DNA of 64,000 nt from the human T2T-CHM13v2.0 reference genome, Homo sapiens: NCBI RefSeq assembly GCF_009914755.1, contig NC_060947.1; one strand, given 5' to 3'. The notes beneath the pieces are model-generated. The model did no database searches. It saw nothing but the letters and a program-made list of their open reading frames with translations, and was not told the origin of the DNA. The position numbers and the translations under genes were made by a program. Positions 49,091-60,809 of the stretch are shown one piece after another. Each line of letters starts with the position of its first letter. Within the stretch, counting starts at the first letter, position 1.

Positions 49091-52000
49091 AGGCCAGGAT
49101 ACTCTCTGTCTATTCATCCGTGGATTCTCAGTTAATGGCGAGTTGGTTGCCTGGTTATTAAGTGCTGATTTCAGAGCAAAGTGCTAGTGAAGCCAGGCTG
49201 CCTCCATTCACTCTCAGTATGTAGGGAAGAAAAACAGTCACTTATTATGTTCATCTCAATGTATTGGTTTCAATGGGAAATAGACTTCTGGCTGGAACGT
49301 CTTCATTTGTCATCAAATTGTCCTCAGATTTGAAGAGACTGAACTCTTGCCCCAGGGGCCCTCACCAAATTTCAGTGCAACTGGATCCAGGGTCTCCCTT
49401 TTGCATGAAAGTGTTTATTTTGCTGCATTTTGGTACAGGGTTAAGAACACTGAAGAATCTTCACCATGCTCTCTCTGTACCCCATCTCCATCATTTCTAT
49501 TGGACATGGGAAGTACACACAACTTGTCAAACAACAAAAATAAGAACAAGAAAATCCCAGCTACATGATTTTCTGGGGTGAGAGTTCTCTCTCCTTGGAA
49601 GTGAAACAAGCTAGTGTTCATCAAGTCCTGAGAACTCACTTTAATCGAGAGCAAGAAACAATGCAAATGCTGCATCACTTCAGACTGGAATTAGGCAGAA
49701 TATGAACAGAAAAAGGAACCTTTAAATAGATGACTAGGAGGCAAATTCGTTTTGAGAAAGAACGACAGCTAACATTTACTGAGACCTTTTATATCTGTTA
49801 TCTCATTCAACACTTCCAATAACTCCATAAGGTAGATTCTGCCATCGTCTTCATTTCACAGGTAAGGCTTAAAGAAGTTAAGTGAGCTACCTGAGATCAC
49901 ATCACTAGTAAGAAGCAGATTCTGAAAGCCATGCACCTAATCGCTATCCTAAACCAGACAGTGCCTCACTGGTCACCCAGGAGCCCTCAGATGTGCATTT
50001 GTCCAGTGACACAGTTCCTCTCAATACTCTTTCCTGCTTCACCACCCCTTCTTTATTTTGTTTACCACAAAGCAGCTTGAATGGAGCCTGAGCATGTGCT
50101 TTGAGTGAGCCCAGAAAGCAGCAGAGGAGGGCCAATCAGATTCGTGAGAGGCATTTATTTTAGTTCTTAACCCATGAGCTTTATTGTAATAACTGATACA
50201 AACCAATTTGTTGGGACCTGTGTTATTAATATTAATAAAGACTGAACTAGGTGAGGCTCAGGAGACCCTGGAGGGGATCCCACCTCCTGAGACACCACCC
50301 CAAGAAAATCTGCCAGGGACAGTCTGGCTGGAAATATTATTATTCATACTGGACAGCTGGTTCCTGGCTCCCTCTCCAGTCCCTGGAGATGGGAGGCCAA
50401 TTCTTCCCTGTTTCTCTTCATCTCTTTCCTTCAGAAGGATTAGAAATAAAGTCTGAGTCACTTTTCTGGCTAGCCTTTTTTTTTTTTTTTTGCACTAGCT
50501 CAGTGTGTCTGTGGCCCCACATGTGACTGACTCCATGTGTGTCCCTTTGTGTGTGCTGTGTTCCTCAGAGCATCTTCTCAGGTTGGGCTCTGCCTGTGCA
50601 TTTGCAGGGAATGTTGTGTGTTTCTCTCCCTGCATGTCTTCACTTTCACTTGTCATCCGCTTTTAATAATTCCATCAGCTTGGTTTACCAGCTTAGGCTA
50701 CTCCCATCCAGATGCAGGGAATTTCCATCCTTTTTTCAAGGTGGGAAGTGCCAGGAAGAAAGCAAAAGTGTGCTCAGTGGACCGATGGCCAAATCTGCTA
50801 GTCAGCTACTCCACTGCTGAGCCCAGCTGTGGGAAGCCACGGAGCCCTGTGCCCGGAGCTCTCCTCTGTATCCTGGAAATTCCGTGCAGCCTAGGAGAAC
50901 AGCCCTTGTCCCACAATTGCCCCTCAGTAGCCCTCCGGCCTCTTCTGAAGCTTTAACCAAGTGCTTGAAAAGAACCGAAAGTGAGGAAATATTCCAACTA
51001 GAATGGATCCCTTTGTGCCAACAGCCTCCTTTAGAGTTCAGGAACACAGAGGAAATCGAGGAGGGCTGACTTTTCACCTTAGAACTCACAAGGCCCAAAT
51101 GTGCCAATGTTTAACTGTCTCTCCGAGGTGCTTCTGACACCCGGAAATTCACCATGTATTTGGCATCACCAGGAGCTCCTCAACTCCACTGCTTCCTCCT
51201 GCTTCTCTCTTCCCTGGCCTTAACTTCACCACCCAGACCCACTGTCCAGCTTCCCAGTCTCTCTGGGTCCCCACTGAGGCTGCCCTTTTTGGGGAAGGAA
51301 GAGTGGCCTTTTTTCTTGGCCCTCAAAACTCCTCTGAAGGGGTCTGGAGCCCGCTGGGAGACCAAGAGCTTCTCTTGAATCTCGGCTGCTGCATGTTTAG
51401 TATTCACAGCATGTCTCTAAAAAACGTCCTGAGATCATTCATCAGGCACTGTGCTGTGTGCCTAGCTGCTCTCCTTCCGGGTGTGTGTGTGTGGCCAGGA
51501 CCCTCCCTCCATCTGCTGGTGAACACACATGCACACACACCTTAACCTTTTTCCCTTTTCACCAAACCAATCGCATTTTCTAAGCAGACCTTTGCCAGCT
51601 GGCAGATCGCTCCCTTACTGAGGTGGGCTCCTGGCGTTGGGCCTGGGCTCGAAGCCGCTCACACTCCAGTGCTGGGGAGAGGCGCTGAGAGCAGGAGCCC
51701 GAGCCGAAACTCAAGGTGCGTGTGGATGTTTGCGATGGTGACCAGGAGGGGAGCTGCAGGGAGGGCATCCCCAGCAGAAGGCGAGCAAACAAGGGGCGAG
51801 AAGCAAGGTCAGGGGCCAGGGAACGGAGTCTCCGAAGCAAGCGTTCCTGCTGCCCCTTCTCCGCAGTTCACTCCCCGCCCCCCTTTCCCGGGTTCACTTT
51901 GGAAATTGGCTTGCCCTCTCGGCAGCCAGCAGTTCCCGGCAGAGTCCGGCCGTAACGGTCAGATTCAAGAAGTGAGGCAGCGCCAGGCTGGGTGGCTGGG

Positions 52001-52264
52001 TTGCTGGGTTGTTCTTGGGAGATTCTTTCCCCAATTGTCAATTTTTTGCTTATTTTTAGTAGTGACCCGAGCCAGGAACTGCGCCTTTAAGCCGCTTTCC
52101 CATTCGGGGAAATCGACGCCAGCACTCGAGGGTCGGGAGGCGCCGGAGAGGCCCCTCATTCTGCACTCCCCTCTTTCCTCCCCCTCCCCCTCCCCCCGCC
52201 CCTTCTCCCCTCCCCTCCTCGGCCGTCCGGCCGCCTCGCCGCCATCCGTCACCTCGCAGCCTGC

Positions 52265-52621
52265 CGCACTCCTGGAGCGAGAGAGCGACGAGCGAGCCAC
52301 GGCGATGGTGCCGCCCGCGGCGCAGCCATGAAGCCCGCCCGAGGAGCCCGCGCGCGCTCCTGCCATCCTGCCCGCAGCCCGCCGCCTGCGCGCCAGCTCC
52401 CCGCGTCCCGGGCCAGCTGCTGCCGCCCTGCCAACCTCTGCCCGCCCCGCCGCCCGGCGCCACTGAGCCCCAAGCCCATGCCGGGCTCGGGGGCACGGGT
52501 GCCCTAGTCCCGCTGCCGCCGCCGCCGCCGCCGCCGCTGCGCCGCCGCTGCCGCGCCGCTGAGGAGGCGGAGGAGGAGGAGGAGGAGGAGGAAGAGGAGG
52601 AGGAAGAGGAGGGGGAGGAAG
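52265..52621 (+). other. FRMPD3: Probable non-coding first exon (5'UTR) of a + strand gene; tentatively FRMPD3
   Basis: Canonical donor GAAG|GTAAGA at 52621/52622 inside the CpG island, downstream of a pyrimidine/GC-box tract; TSS approximate. The gene name is only my recollection of the KRT18P49-FRMPD3 arrangement; no FRMPD3 coding sequence is in the window. Confidence 0.6.
52512..52621 (+). repeat. Interrupted (GCC)7 tract followed by a (GAG/GAA)n purine tract
   Basis: GCC x7 at 52515-52535; GAG x7 at 52570-52590 within a 61-nt almost pure purine run. Confidence 0.95.
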
Positions 52622-53177
52622 GTAAGAGGCGCGCTGCCTTCAGGGGGGCGCGCCCGCTGTCTCAGCCCAACCGGGGGTGGGTCGCGGCGGGAGCGTTCCG
52701 CCCCGGGCCGGCTGGGGGGCGACTGGCGCTTGGGCGCCCCCGGGAGCCGGGGGCAGGGCGGGGGGCGCCGAACGTCTGGCCGCCCGGAGTTTGGGCGGGC
52801 GGGGTAACGGCCCGTTGCGTGCCCACTGCCCCGGCGAGTCTCTGGCTTGGCGGGCTCGTTTGGCCTCCGCGGGTGCGGGGTGAGGAGTCGAGCGCAGGGG
52901 AGTGCAGCGCGTTCATTATGGAGCCTTTGTGTGCGCGCCTGGGCTGTGGGCACAGTTGGGAGAGCTGGCGAGACGCGGGGCCTGGCTGCTAGGAGGTGGC
53001 CACTTAGCCGGGGTGCCCGGCGAAGCCCGAGCCCAGGGGCTGCCAGAAACAGCTGTCTGAAGCATGTGCGTGGTTCCCGGGGCCATGTTCACAAGCGGAC
53101 ACGGAGGCGCACACACACGCACACACAGCCGCACAACATACCCGGCGCTCAGCCACACAGTCAGCCCCATGCAAAGA

Positions 53178-53178
<1 letters not shown>

Positions 53179-53230
<52 letters not shown>
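53179..53230 (+). repeat. (CA)18(GA)8 compound microsatellite
   Basis: Direct inspection. Confidence 0.95.
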
Positions 53231-53231
<1 letters not shown>

Positions 53232-53819
53232 CGCGAGCTACACTTGCCCCCTCCCACCAAGATGCTAATAAAGCTCAAACACATATACAGATACATGCAC
53301 CTCCCCCTAGCGCTGCTAAAACATGCACACACAAACACACTCCTCTACTCCCCAGCCTAGTGCTTTGGAGGTTGGAGAGTGTGTGTGTGTATGTGAGTGT
53401 GTGTGTGTTTTCTCAGAGTGGTCTTGAGAAACTACATGACAACTGCACATTACTGCAGATCCAGTACCTGCTGCTTCCCCCCAATACACACCCAGCAACC
53501 CCCCGTCACACGCAGCTACTGTAGACACCTCCACCAGAGCCCTTAAGAACCCCATTCTGGCAAAAAGCGTGCCCAACTCTGGTAGTCATACCCTCCACGC
53601 TCGAGCTGTTGGGTTTCCTGCACACACACACCACAGCCCCATACACACACACTGAAACCACTGCAGGGGCAAATGTTTGACACCTTCCCCCAGAAGCAGG
53701 TGGCACCTCCACCCTTGCAGCTGCAACTAAAGAGCCCCAGATGACAGCAAACGCCGAATTCTGCTAGACCTGCCCCTCCCCTTGGCATCTTGGTCCAGGT
53801 GCAAAACCCTGGAGTCCAC

Positions 53820-54625
53820 CGGGTGGTCTTAGCATCCTGCAGCTCTTACGGAGGGCGGGGCAGTCTCTGGACTCCTGCCTTCGGAGGAACTGCTATAAGC
53901 GCAAGGCTCCCTTGGGGGCGCCCTTCTCGAAGTGGAGGGTGGGGGATTCTATGCTGACTCAGAGCGAAGCACCAAGTGAGTTTTCCCAGCTGGAGACCGG
54001 GGTAAATGGCGAACTCCACCTGGGCCTAGAGGACCCGGGATAGTGTGCCAGTTCAGCCACAGAGGCCCTCAGCTTGGAGGCCCTGCCCCTCCCTCGCCTT
54101 CCTTGCCCATGAAGCTCACTGCAGGAGAAGCAGGGGGAACCCAGCTGCCAGCTTCTTGGGAGCTAAGAGAGGCTTTTCGGGAAGCCTTTGCTGTTTCCGC
54201 TGAGCAAAGAGATCTTGCTCTACCCGGGGAGACCTCAACAAGACTTGGCCGTGCCCAAGCAAACATGCCAGCGTCTACCCAATTTCATGGCTTGTTTTTT
54301 TGTTTGTTTGTTTTTGTATTTCATGTGAAAGGACTAATTCAACCTTAGCAGCTTGTCATGAAGGCACCCCTGAGGTTAAATAAGGCATAATGTATTGTGG
54401 ATGGGGGAAACAAGGTTGAGGGGAGCAAGGACTAGTGGGTTTTACTGTTTTAAGTAGAGATGCGGAGTTAGAATGTAGACCGTGGTAAAATCGTGACGGC
54501 GATGGCTTCTACGTCAGAGCCCCTTCCCTGCTCCTGCCCCTCCCGTCGGCTGCTCAGGGCTCCTCTGGGTCCTCTCCCCCGCCCCCTTAGATTATTTAGG
54601 CGGGGCTTTGCTCACTGCTCGGGCA
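53820..54625. promoter_or_regulatory. Secondary CpG-enriched shore in intron 1
   Basis: Locally retained CpGs and GC-boxes (gggcgggg near 53853 and 54598). Confidence 0.45.
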
Positions 54626-56799
54626 AATTTGATGACAGAATCCCTGCCAGGCCAAGGTGTTAATAGCTGATAGAGGTTTACTGCTTACACCTCACAGGTA
54701 ACATTTGCATTTTTAAAGGACACAGAGGAGTGACTCTGTTGGTGGGGCTTTCAGGCACCTGTGGCAGGACTCAGGCAGGAGCAGTTTGTGGACAACCTCA
54801 TCTGTCTACTCTACTGTCTGTGCCTAGGCCAGAGTTATGGGTGATGTGTGTGTGGGAGTGAGGGTGTCAGAAGGTGAGATGTAATTGTGGAGGGTTTTGA
54901 GGCCCACAAAGAGAAGGTTTCAATTGACTTGAGAGGCAATTGGGAGCCACTGCCAGATTCTGAGAAAGGAGGGAATAAGATATAAGCAGGAAAGAAACAC
55001 TCATTGCTGCATGTGGAGAGAATATCCCCTATCTCTCGCTGGCACCCAACACCACAACCGCCTTGCAGTTGTGGGCTGAAGGCCACCAGGGAGAGGAGAC
55101 TGGCCAGGGGAGGGTGGCAGCTGCCCCAGGCTTCTGGCCCTGAGGGTTTCCCAGATATGTGAGGCATTCTGCTGAGTGGCCAGACTATTGGCCTGAACTC
55201 AGTAAGTGCCCCCTCCAACATAAGCTCGTGATGCTGTTGGTGCTATGGCTTCTTTGGATAGTGCAACAGAGCCTCTACCCCACTGGAGGAGAGGTCTGGG
55301 GACTCCTATGAGGCTGCGAGCTGCATTTGGAATGAGTCAGGGGACCCCTCCCTCTTGTAAGTGGTGCAGTCCGAGGGTCTTGAGAAGTGAGCTGTGTGGC
55401 CCAGTTGGGGGATTTTGTGACCAACGACATCCTCTAGGAGCAGTAGTAGATTGAAAAAGTGCAACAAGAAAGCCCTGGGATTGCTGATGATAGCAGCAAG
55501 CTGGGAAAGGCTTGCTGGAGATGGGGGTGGGGGTGGGTAACAGAGGAGTCTCGGGTGGGATGAGTAGAGGAGAGGAATTGCCCCACCGCAGTAATCCTTA
55601 CTTCAGCCCTTGGAGGGAGCATGGGTGGATGCAGGACAACGGAAGCACTCTGTACCCACCCTCCCCCACTACGCATAAATGATTGGACTCCGTGGCTAAT
55701 GCCTGATAAGGCACTTGGAGGGGCAGCACCAATGCAACAGAGGAAAGATCCCTGTTTTTGTGGCACCTCCAGGCTAACTGAATGAAGCCATAAGACACAC
55801 ATACATACACATACACACAAATACACACACACATATCACACACAAGACACACACCCCTCAGACACACCCTCAAACCCCAACACATACCTGGGGCAAATTG
55901 TGGAAAGAGAGGCTCATGCAGACAAGCTTGGTTTTGGGGGGTTCTTGCCTTCACATATAGGCCCTAGCAATCATTGCTAGGGGGACTAGAATTGATACCT
56001 ATTGATACTAGATGAAGACCCTTAGCTTTGACAGGCCCCCTGGGAGGAAGCACACTCAAGTCAGCTTCTGTTTGTGGGGCAGCCTTAAGGCCATTAGCAT
56101 TCCCAGCAGAAAATTCTGTTCTGGCTCTTCTCTCAAGGACTTCTATTTTCCTTTTTACCATAAGTTCAGAAACAAAAACATTCTCTTGCATTATCGGCAG
56201 CCAAAATGAAGGACTCTCAAAATGGGGTGGACCTTATTGTCTGCTGAGAAATCCTGGGGCTAGGGGCAAAGGGGTAGGGTAGGGAGCAAATCCAGAGAAA
56301 CATGCCATTTTCCCTCCTTTCCTCCCCTCAGCTGAGCTGCCAAAGGCAAGGACAGTGATCTTGGGGTTCTGTATTATTTCCCACCCATGACAGGCAGAGC
56401 ACCCTTTTCTGAGACCTGAGGCACCATCCTTAAAACAGAACATTAACAGCCTGTGGCACACTAGTGCCCAATCCCTGGTAGTCAGAAAATGAGCCTGGAA
56501 ATGGGAATATGTGTATAACGTGGGGCGGGGAAAGGAGAGAGAGGGAAAGAGGTGCTACTTGTGTATCTGTAGGAGCAGGTGTGTCTATTTCTGTGTGTTT
56601 GTGTTAAGGAACATGAGAATGAGCAGGTGTGTGCACTCTTGCAGCTTTCTCAGCATGCATGCCGTAGCCAGTGTTTTTGCTCTGTGCCTCAAATTCACTT
56701 TGCCATTAGCCACACTACTAGCCACCCGCAGCTTTTGAAAGAACTCTCTGCTAGGTTCTAATATCTGGGTCTCCTTCCAGCCAAGTGACCCCTCCTTTT

Positions 56800-57870
56800 T
56801 TCTCTTTTATTGCTAGTTCTTCTTACTACCCCTCAAATCTGGGTGTTCTCCAGCTCCTCCTGCTTTCCACTTTCTTTATTGACAAGGACACACAGGCATG
56901 CATGGCTTCCCTTCTCACCTCTTTACCAACCATTCCCATTTCTCTAGCCCAAACTTAACCCCACTCCTGAGGTTCAGTCCTATATTTCCAACTGCTTGCT
57001 AAACATTTCCTCTTGGATAGCTTGCTCTCAGACTCAGTATTCACAAACTCATCTCATTATTTCTCAGAGATGACTCACTCTTCTCACCTTTCTTTTACCA
57101 TAAGGCTTCTTGTCTCCCAGTCTAGAAACCTCAAAGCCATCTCTGACTCATCCCCTATGCCCCAGTCCACCCTGACTCCTGCCACCACCTCACAGCCACA
57201 CTGCACTAGTCTCTTTCCTTTCCAGTCCATAATACACACAACTGCTAGATTAATGTTGTGGAATATCCTTTATTCATAATGCTTCTGATCATCATCCTTG
57301 GAGGGTGATACCTGATTGCCTGTGGGATAAATTTCAGCCTCCTTAGCCTGGCATTCAAAGTTCTCCTTGTGTGGACCTAACCCTGTATATTCTTCCAACC
57401 CTATTTCTCATGCTTGGTCCACATCATTGATTCTCAAATTTTAATGTGTCTTAAAATTGCTTGAGGGAACTTGTTATAATGCAGATTCCTGAGTCCTACC
57501 TCCTGAGCTTCTGATTCAGTAGGTCTGGAAGCTGGAGTCCAGGAATATGCATTTTAACAAGCTCCCCAAGTGATTTTGATACACTTGATCTACTTGTGAA
57601 ACAAAGCCCTACATGGACCCTTCTACTCCAGCCAAGTTTCTTACCCCAGGATCTCCTAAACGTACCTTGTACATTTTTTTTGCCTCTATGTTTTTGTTCA
57701 TTCCATTTCACTCACCAGGAATGCCCTTTCCTTTCTGCCTATGCTTCTCTCCTATTCCATATCACTATACCTATCCTTCAGCTCTACATTCAAATTCACC
57801 TCCTCTGTGAAATCTTCTCTGATCATTTTAGACTAAAGTGATCTCTCTCTCCTCTCAACTCCTCCGTCTC
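56800..57870 (+). mobile_element. L2 fragments with a nested MER5A-like hAT element (~57425-57590)
   Basis: L2 motifs; ttctcaaattttaatgtg...aatgcagattcctg...tgcattttaacaagctccccaagtgatt. Confidence 0.75.
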
Positions 57871-57884
57871 TAAAATACATTTGG

Positions 57885-58193
57885 GGCTGGGTGTGGTGGC
57901 TCAGGCCTGTAATCCTAACACTTTGGGAGGCTGAGGTGGGAGGACAGCTTGAGCCCAGGAGTTTGAAACCAGCCCTTGCAACATAGCGAGACCCTATTTC
58001 TACAAAAAACTAAAACATTAGCTGGGTATGGTGGTGCATACCTGTTATCTCAGCTACTCGGGACTACAGAGAGGCTGAGGCGGGAGGATGGCTTGAACAC
58101 GGGAGGTCGAGACTGCAGTGAGCTGTGGTCGCACCAGTGCACTCCAGCCTGGGTGACAGAGTGAGACCCTGTCTCTAAATAAATAAATAAATA
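57885..58193 (+). mobile_element. AluJ with (TAAA)n tail
   Basis: TSD AAAATACATTTGG at 57872-57884 and 58194-58206. Confidence 0.93.
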
Positions 58194-58669
58194 AAAATAC
58201 ATTTGGCAAGTACATCTTTTTTTTTAATTTTTTTAAATCCCCATAGCATATGTGCCTAATACACAGTAGGTACTCAATAGGCATATGTTGAATTGGACCA
58301 AATACTTGTTGATTCATATTAGACAGGGATTCTATCGCATCTCCCCCTGCACATTAGTTCATAAAACATTTATTGAGCACCAATTATGTACAAGGCACTG
58401 TGCTAGTTGCTGTGGATAATACAAAAGATGAAGGAGGCTTCCTGTCCTTCTCCTTCTCAGTCATCTTTGAATTTACAGTGCCTAGTGCATAGAAGAGATA
58501 CTTAATAAATATTTGTTGACTACTCAAATGAATGACTTCATGAATAAGTGAAGGGATGAAGTTCAGACTGGAAAAAACTTGAGCAAGTACGTAGGGTGGC
58601 TGTGTCATAGAGAAATAGGGCAGGAATGGAAGATAAGGCTAGGAAGATAGAGTGGGTATAGTGGATGAC

Positions 58670-58946
58670 TATTATTATTATTATTATTATTTTTAGAGAC
58701 AGGGTCTCACTCCGTTGCCCAGATGAGTACAGTGGCATGATCATGGCTCACTGTAGCCTCAAACTCCTGGGCTCAAGTGATCCTCCCACCTTAGCCTCTC
58801 GAGTTGCTAGCTAATTTTTAGTGTTTCATAGAGACAGGGTCTTGTTGTGTTGCCTAACCTGGTCTCCAATTCCTGGGCTCAAGCAATCCTCCCACTTCAG
58901 CCTCCCAAAGCACTGGGATGACAGGCATGAGCCACTGTGCCCAGCC
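58670..58946 (-). mobile_element. AluJ (internally deleted) with (TAT)n tail
   Basis: gcatgatcatggctcactgtagcctcaaactcctgggctcaag. Confidence 0.92.
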
Positions 58947-58949
58947 TGT

Positions 58950-59520
58950 CTTTACTTTTTCTTATAAATATTTTCAACCTCAAAAAAATTAGAGAAAATA
59001 GTATAGTAACCCCCACATACTCATTATCCACATTAACTAGTTATCAGGACTTTGCCATGTTTGCTTCACCTATCATGCCAAACATCGATCACATCATTTT
59101 ATTCCTAATATTTCTCTATGCATTTCTTAAAAACTGGACATTTTCTAACATAACTACAGAACTGCTAATACACCTAACAAAAGTAACAATAATGCCTTTG
59201 TATTATCCATTACCCTGTCCATAATCATATGCCCTCAATTGTCTCAAAACATGTTTTACAGTTGGCTTGTTTGACGGACGTTCCAAAAAAGTTCCACACG
59301 TGACATTTGGTTGTTATGTCTCTAAAGGCCCTTTCAACAGCCCTCTCTCTTTGACTTGTCACAGAAATCAGGTTGTTTGCTCTGCACAATTCCCACATTC
59401 TGGTTTGTCCTCTTATTGCCAGTTAGCTTGTTCACCTATCCCCTATATTTTCTATAAATGGAAGTTAGCTCTGGGCTTGATTAGATTCAAGCTCATTTTT
59501 CTTTTTTTCTCGCTTTGGCA
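58950..59520 (-). mobile_element. Ancient L1MC/ME 3'UTR fragment
   Basis: ataaatattttcaacc...agagaaaatagtatagtaaccccca...catttggttgttatgtctct. Confidence 0.65.
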
Positions 59521-60809
59521 TAATGATTAAAACAAGATCATTCTGGAGGCAGGAAGACCAGTTAGCCGGTTGTTACCATAGCTGGTTGGGGACAGAAAGA
59601 AGATGGGTGAATGTATTTGGAGGTAGAGGAAACCTGATTTACCTACCAATTGAATGCGTGGGGTGAGGAAGAAGGAAGAGTCAAAGATGATTCTAAGGCT
59701 TTGAGCCTGCATAACCAGGAGGGTACCAATGTCATCCTATGAGAAGGATGAGTTTTTAATGAGAGCAGCAGGTATCATGGTTAGATTAAAGGAGGAACTT
59801 TCTCACTTTCTCACAGTAAGAGGCCATCTGCTCTGTTTTTTTTTTCCAGATAATACTATCTTTCCCAGAAAAAAATTTGATTCGTGGTATAGCTAAACAT
59901 TTGATAATGTTTGGAAAACATTTGGAAAGGGACTCCGTATTTTTTGTTAACTGCAAATAGTTAAATTTCCAGCTCCAGGGCCTTGAGAGGGAGGATAGTA
60001 TATACAATTCTGGATAGAGAGAAGGTAATGCTGATATCTCCCTTGCAGATGAGCCTACTGTCCCATATCATCATGGGTTTCTGAGTCATCAGGCTTGGGT
60101 AGGAGAGTGTAGGATGCCAGAACCTGGGATTTCTCTAGACACAGCCAATGAGCATAGCTCAAGATCCATGTCTTTCCTTGATATTGGCTGAAGTCTCTAT
60201 CCCACACCCACTCTTCCACCCAATATGGAGGCTGTGTGGACCCTCAGTGGACCATGGCAACAGTGTTCTTGCCAAAGTCAAAAATTGCCTAAAAGCCCTG
60301 GGATATTCACTGGACTCTGACAAAGCCCCAAGATTATTTCGACACCTCAGTAGGAACTTGCTTAACTCGTTGAATTGGATTAGGTGAGAACTACTCTCAG
60401 CTCCATCCCATCATACCCTCCTTCATAAAGGCTTTTCTCTCTCTTCCTTCCCCTAGCTCATCTTTCTTCTTGCTTTTTCTTCTGCTCCCCCCTCCCTGCT
60501 CTTTCTCTTCCAGCGTACATTTATTCTCTCAAGTTAATCAAACACTGGCCCCTACAGCCCATTGTGCCTCAGATTGATCACTTAAGTAGCGTTATTGATT
60601 GCCCAGAAAACCTTAGGAGGTGGGAGTGTTCTGAAAGCTAGGATCTGACAGCTGATTGGCTGCCTATGTCTCACTCGGCAGCCTCAGCTCCTCTGCCGTC
60701 TGGAACATCTTTTGAGAAAGGTGAGGGAATGAACAGCGGAGATCCTTAGCGGGCTTCACTTATCTCATCCTTCCTTCATACTGGAGTTAAGGCATGGGAA
60801 GAGAAGTCT

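Larger units (their letters stand above)
51600..53150. promoter_or_regulatory. CpG-island promoter (TATA-less; GC-box CCCCGCCCC 52194-52202; CCAAT 51567-51571 just upstream)
   Basis: Very high GC and CpG density compared with the CpG-depleted flanks. Confidence 0.95.

Noticed and set aside
51669-53524. Long ORFs of 130-225 aa on both strands over the CpG island
   Set aside because: Low-complexity Pro/Arg/Gly/Ala translations expected at high GC; many start at GTG/TTG in the track and resemble no protein I know.
45909-55096. CTCF-like strings at ~45911, 52637, 53693, 53908 and 55083
   Set aside because: Each misses core consensus positions; expected by chance in GC-rich DNA.
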